Shown: one piece after another, positions 45,010-45,771 of the stretch
How the letters are laid out: each line of letters opens with the position of its first letter
Position numbering within the stretch: position 1 is the stretch's first letter
Source: Verrucomicrobiota bacterium
GTDB taxonomy: Bacteria; Verrucomicrobiota; Lentisphaeria; Lentisphaerales; Lentisphaeraceae
Direction: 5' to 3'
Length of the DNA stretch: 45,771 nucleotides
Assembly (NCBI GenBank): GCA_039798785.1
Contig: JBDKFG010000036.1
Location: forward strand, 1 to 45,771
The notes under the pieces: model-generated
Told to the model about the DNA's origin: nothing
What the model saw: the letters and a program-made list of their open reading frames with translations, nothing else
Database searches by the model: none
Program-made: the position numbers and the translations under genes

Positions 45010-45681
45010 ATGAAAAAATTAATCCTATCGGCTATCGCTTGTCTGTCATTTTCTTGCTTGTCAAAGCATAAATCTCAAATCTTTAATGGGAAAGATCTCT
45101 CAGGATGGATAGGAGATAATAGGTTCTGGCGTGTCGAAGGCGGTACGATTACAGGAGAAACCGGAGGGGGTAATCCATGTAGAAAGACAACGTATCTTAT
45201 CCTAAAGGATCGCAAGTTTTATGATTTTGATATTACATTTAAATTTAGATTCTTAAGCAAGTGGGCAAATTCTGGATTTCAATTCCGCAGCAAAATATCA
45301 AATGAAGATGAATTTGATGTAACTGGATATCAGGCAGATATGGAGATGGGAAAAGAATTTAATGGCATTCTATATGAACAGGGAGGGCGAGGTGTTTTTG
45401 TAAATCGAGGTCAAAATGTCATCGCTTCACGAGAAGGGGTTAAGGTTGTTGGATCATTTGACGTCAGCAAGGTAGCAACTCTAGAACAAGGTAAATGGTA
45501 TACATACAGGATCTATGCTAAGGGTAATCATATCATACAGGAAATTGATGGGGTGCGCACTGTCGAATGTATTGATAATAATCCTCGTTATCAGGCCTTT
45601 TCGGGTTTTTTTGCACTTCAATTACATGGTGGGCCAGCGATGAAAGCTCAATTCAAAGATTTTAAATTAGAAGAACTGTGA
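45010..45681 (+). CDS. DUF1080 (3-keto-disaccharide hydrolase-like) lipoprotein
   Basis: Lipobox SFSC; IFNGKDLSGW, NSGFQFRS, GYQAD, GILYEQGGRG, GFFALQLHGGPAMKAQFKD. Confidence 0.9.
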   Translation: MKKLILSAIACLSFSCLSKHKSQIFNGKDLSGWIGDNRFWRVEGGTITGETGGGNPCRKTTYLILKDRKFYDFDITFKFRFLSKWANSGFQFRSKISNEDEFDVTGYQADMEMGKEFNGILYEQGGRGVFVNRGQNVIASREGVKVVGSFDVSKVATLEQGKWYTYRIYAKGNHIIQEIDGVRTVECIDNNPRYQAFSGFFALQLHGGPAMKAQFKDFKLEEL

Positions 45682-45771
45682 ACTAAGAGCTGCATCTGGA
45701 TCTAACGATTGAACGAGGGGAAATTCCTGACTTTCACTGTCTTGGGGGGGGGGGGGGGGGGGGGGGGGGGG

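Noticed and set aside
45744..45771. Terminal poly-G (28 nt)
   Set aside because: It sits at the sequence end and is typical of two-colour sequencing or assembly artefacts.

Overview
Bacterial genomic window, probably from the PVC superphylum. This is an inference from DUF1553/DUF1549 cytochrome-c proteins, DUF1501, an H-X9-DG prepilin-family remnant and a eukaryote-type HisA; Lentisphaerota is plausible. Bases 1-31.1 kb are high-GC host-like genes: Rrf2 regulator plus a lone sufB, a tandem pair of PilT-family ATPases, floA, cysM, a double DUF3857/transglutaminase protein, a repeat lipoprotein, an ABC ATPase, a PqqD-like/pseudo-M50/2x cNMP membrane protein, an M48 peptidase, a four-Zn-ribbon protein, a B12-radical SAM enzyme, hisA, alaA, an FGE-domain protein and rapA. 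Several intergenic gaps carry hairpins built from 7-10-nt tandem repeats. A frameshifted IS1634-like transposase remnant at about 31.2-31.46 kb marks the start of a mosaic accessory region. That region holds a Tat PhoD-like enzyme, two diverged AraC + DUF1553-cytochrome modules (one with DUF1501, one followed by a beta-propeller pseudogene) and an AT-rich Gfo/Idh/MocA + DUF1080 pair. The window ends in a poly-G run that is probably an artefact. No rRNA, tRNA or CRISPR array was seen. All family assignments come from recognising motifs by eye; no database search was run.
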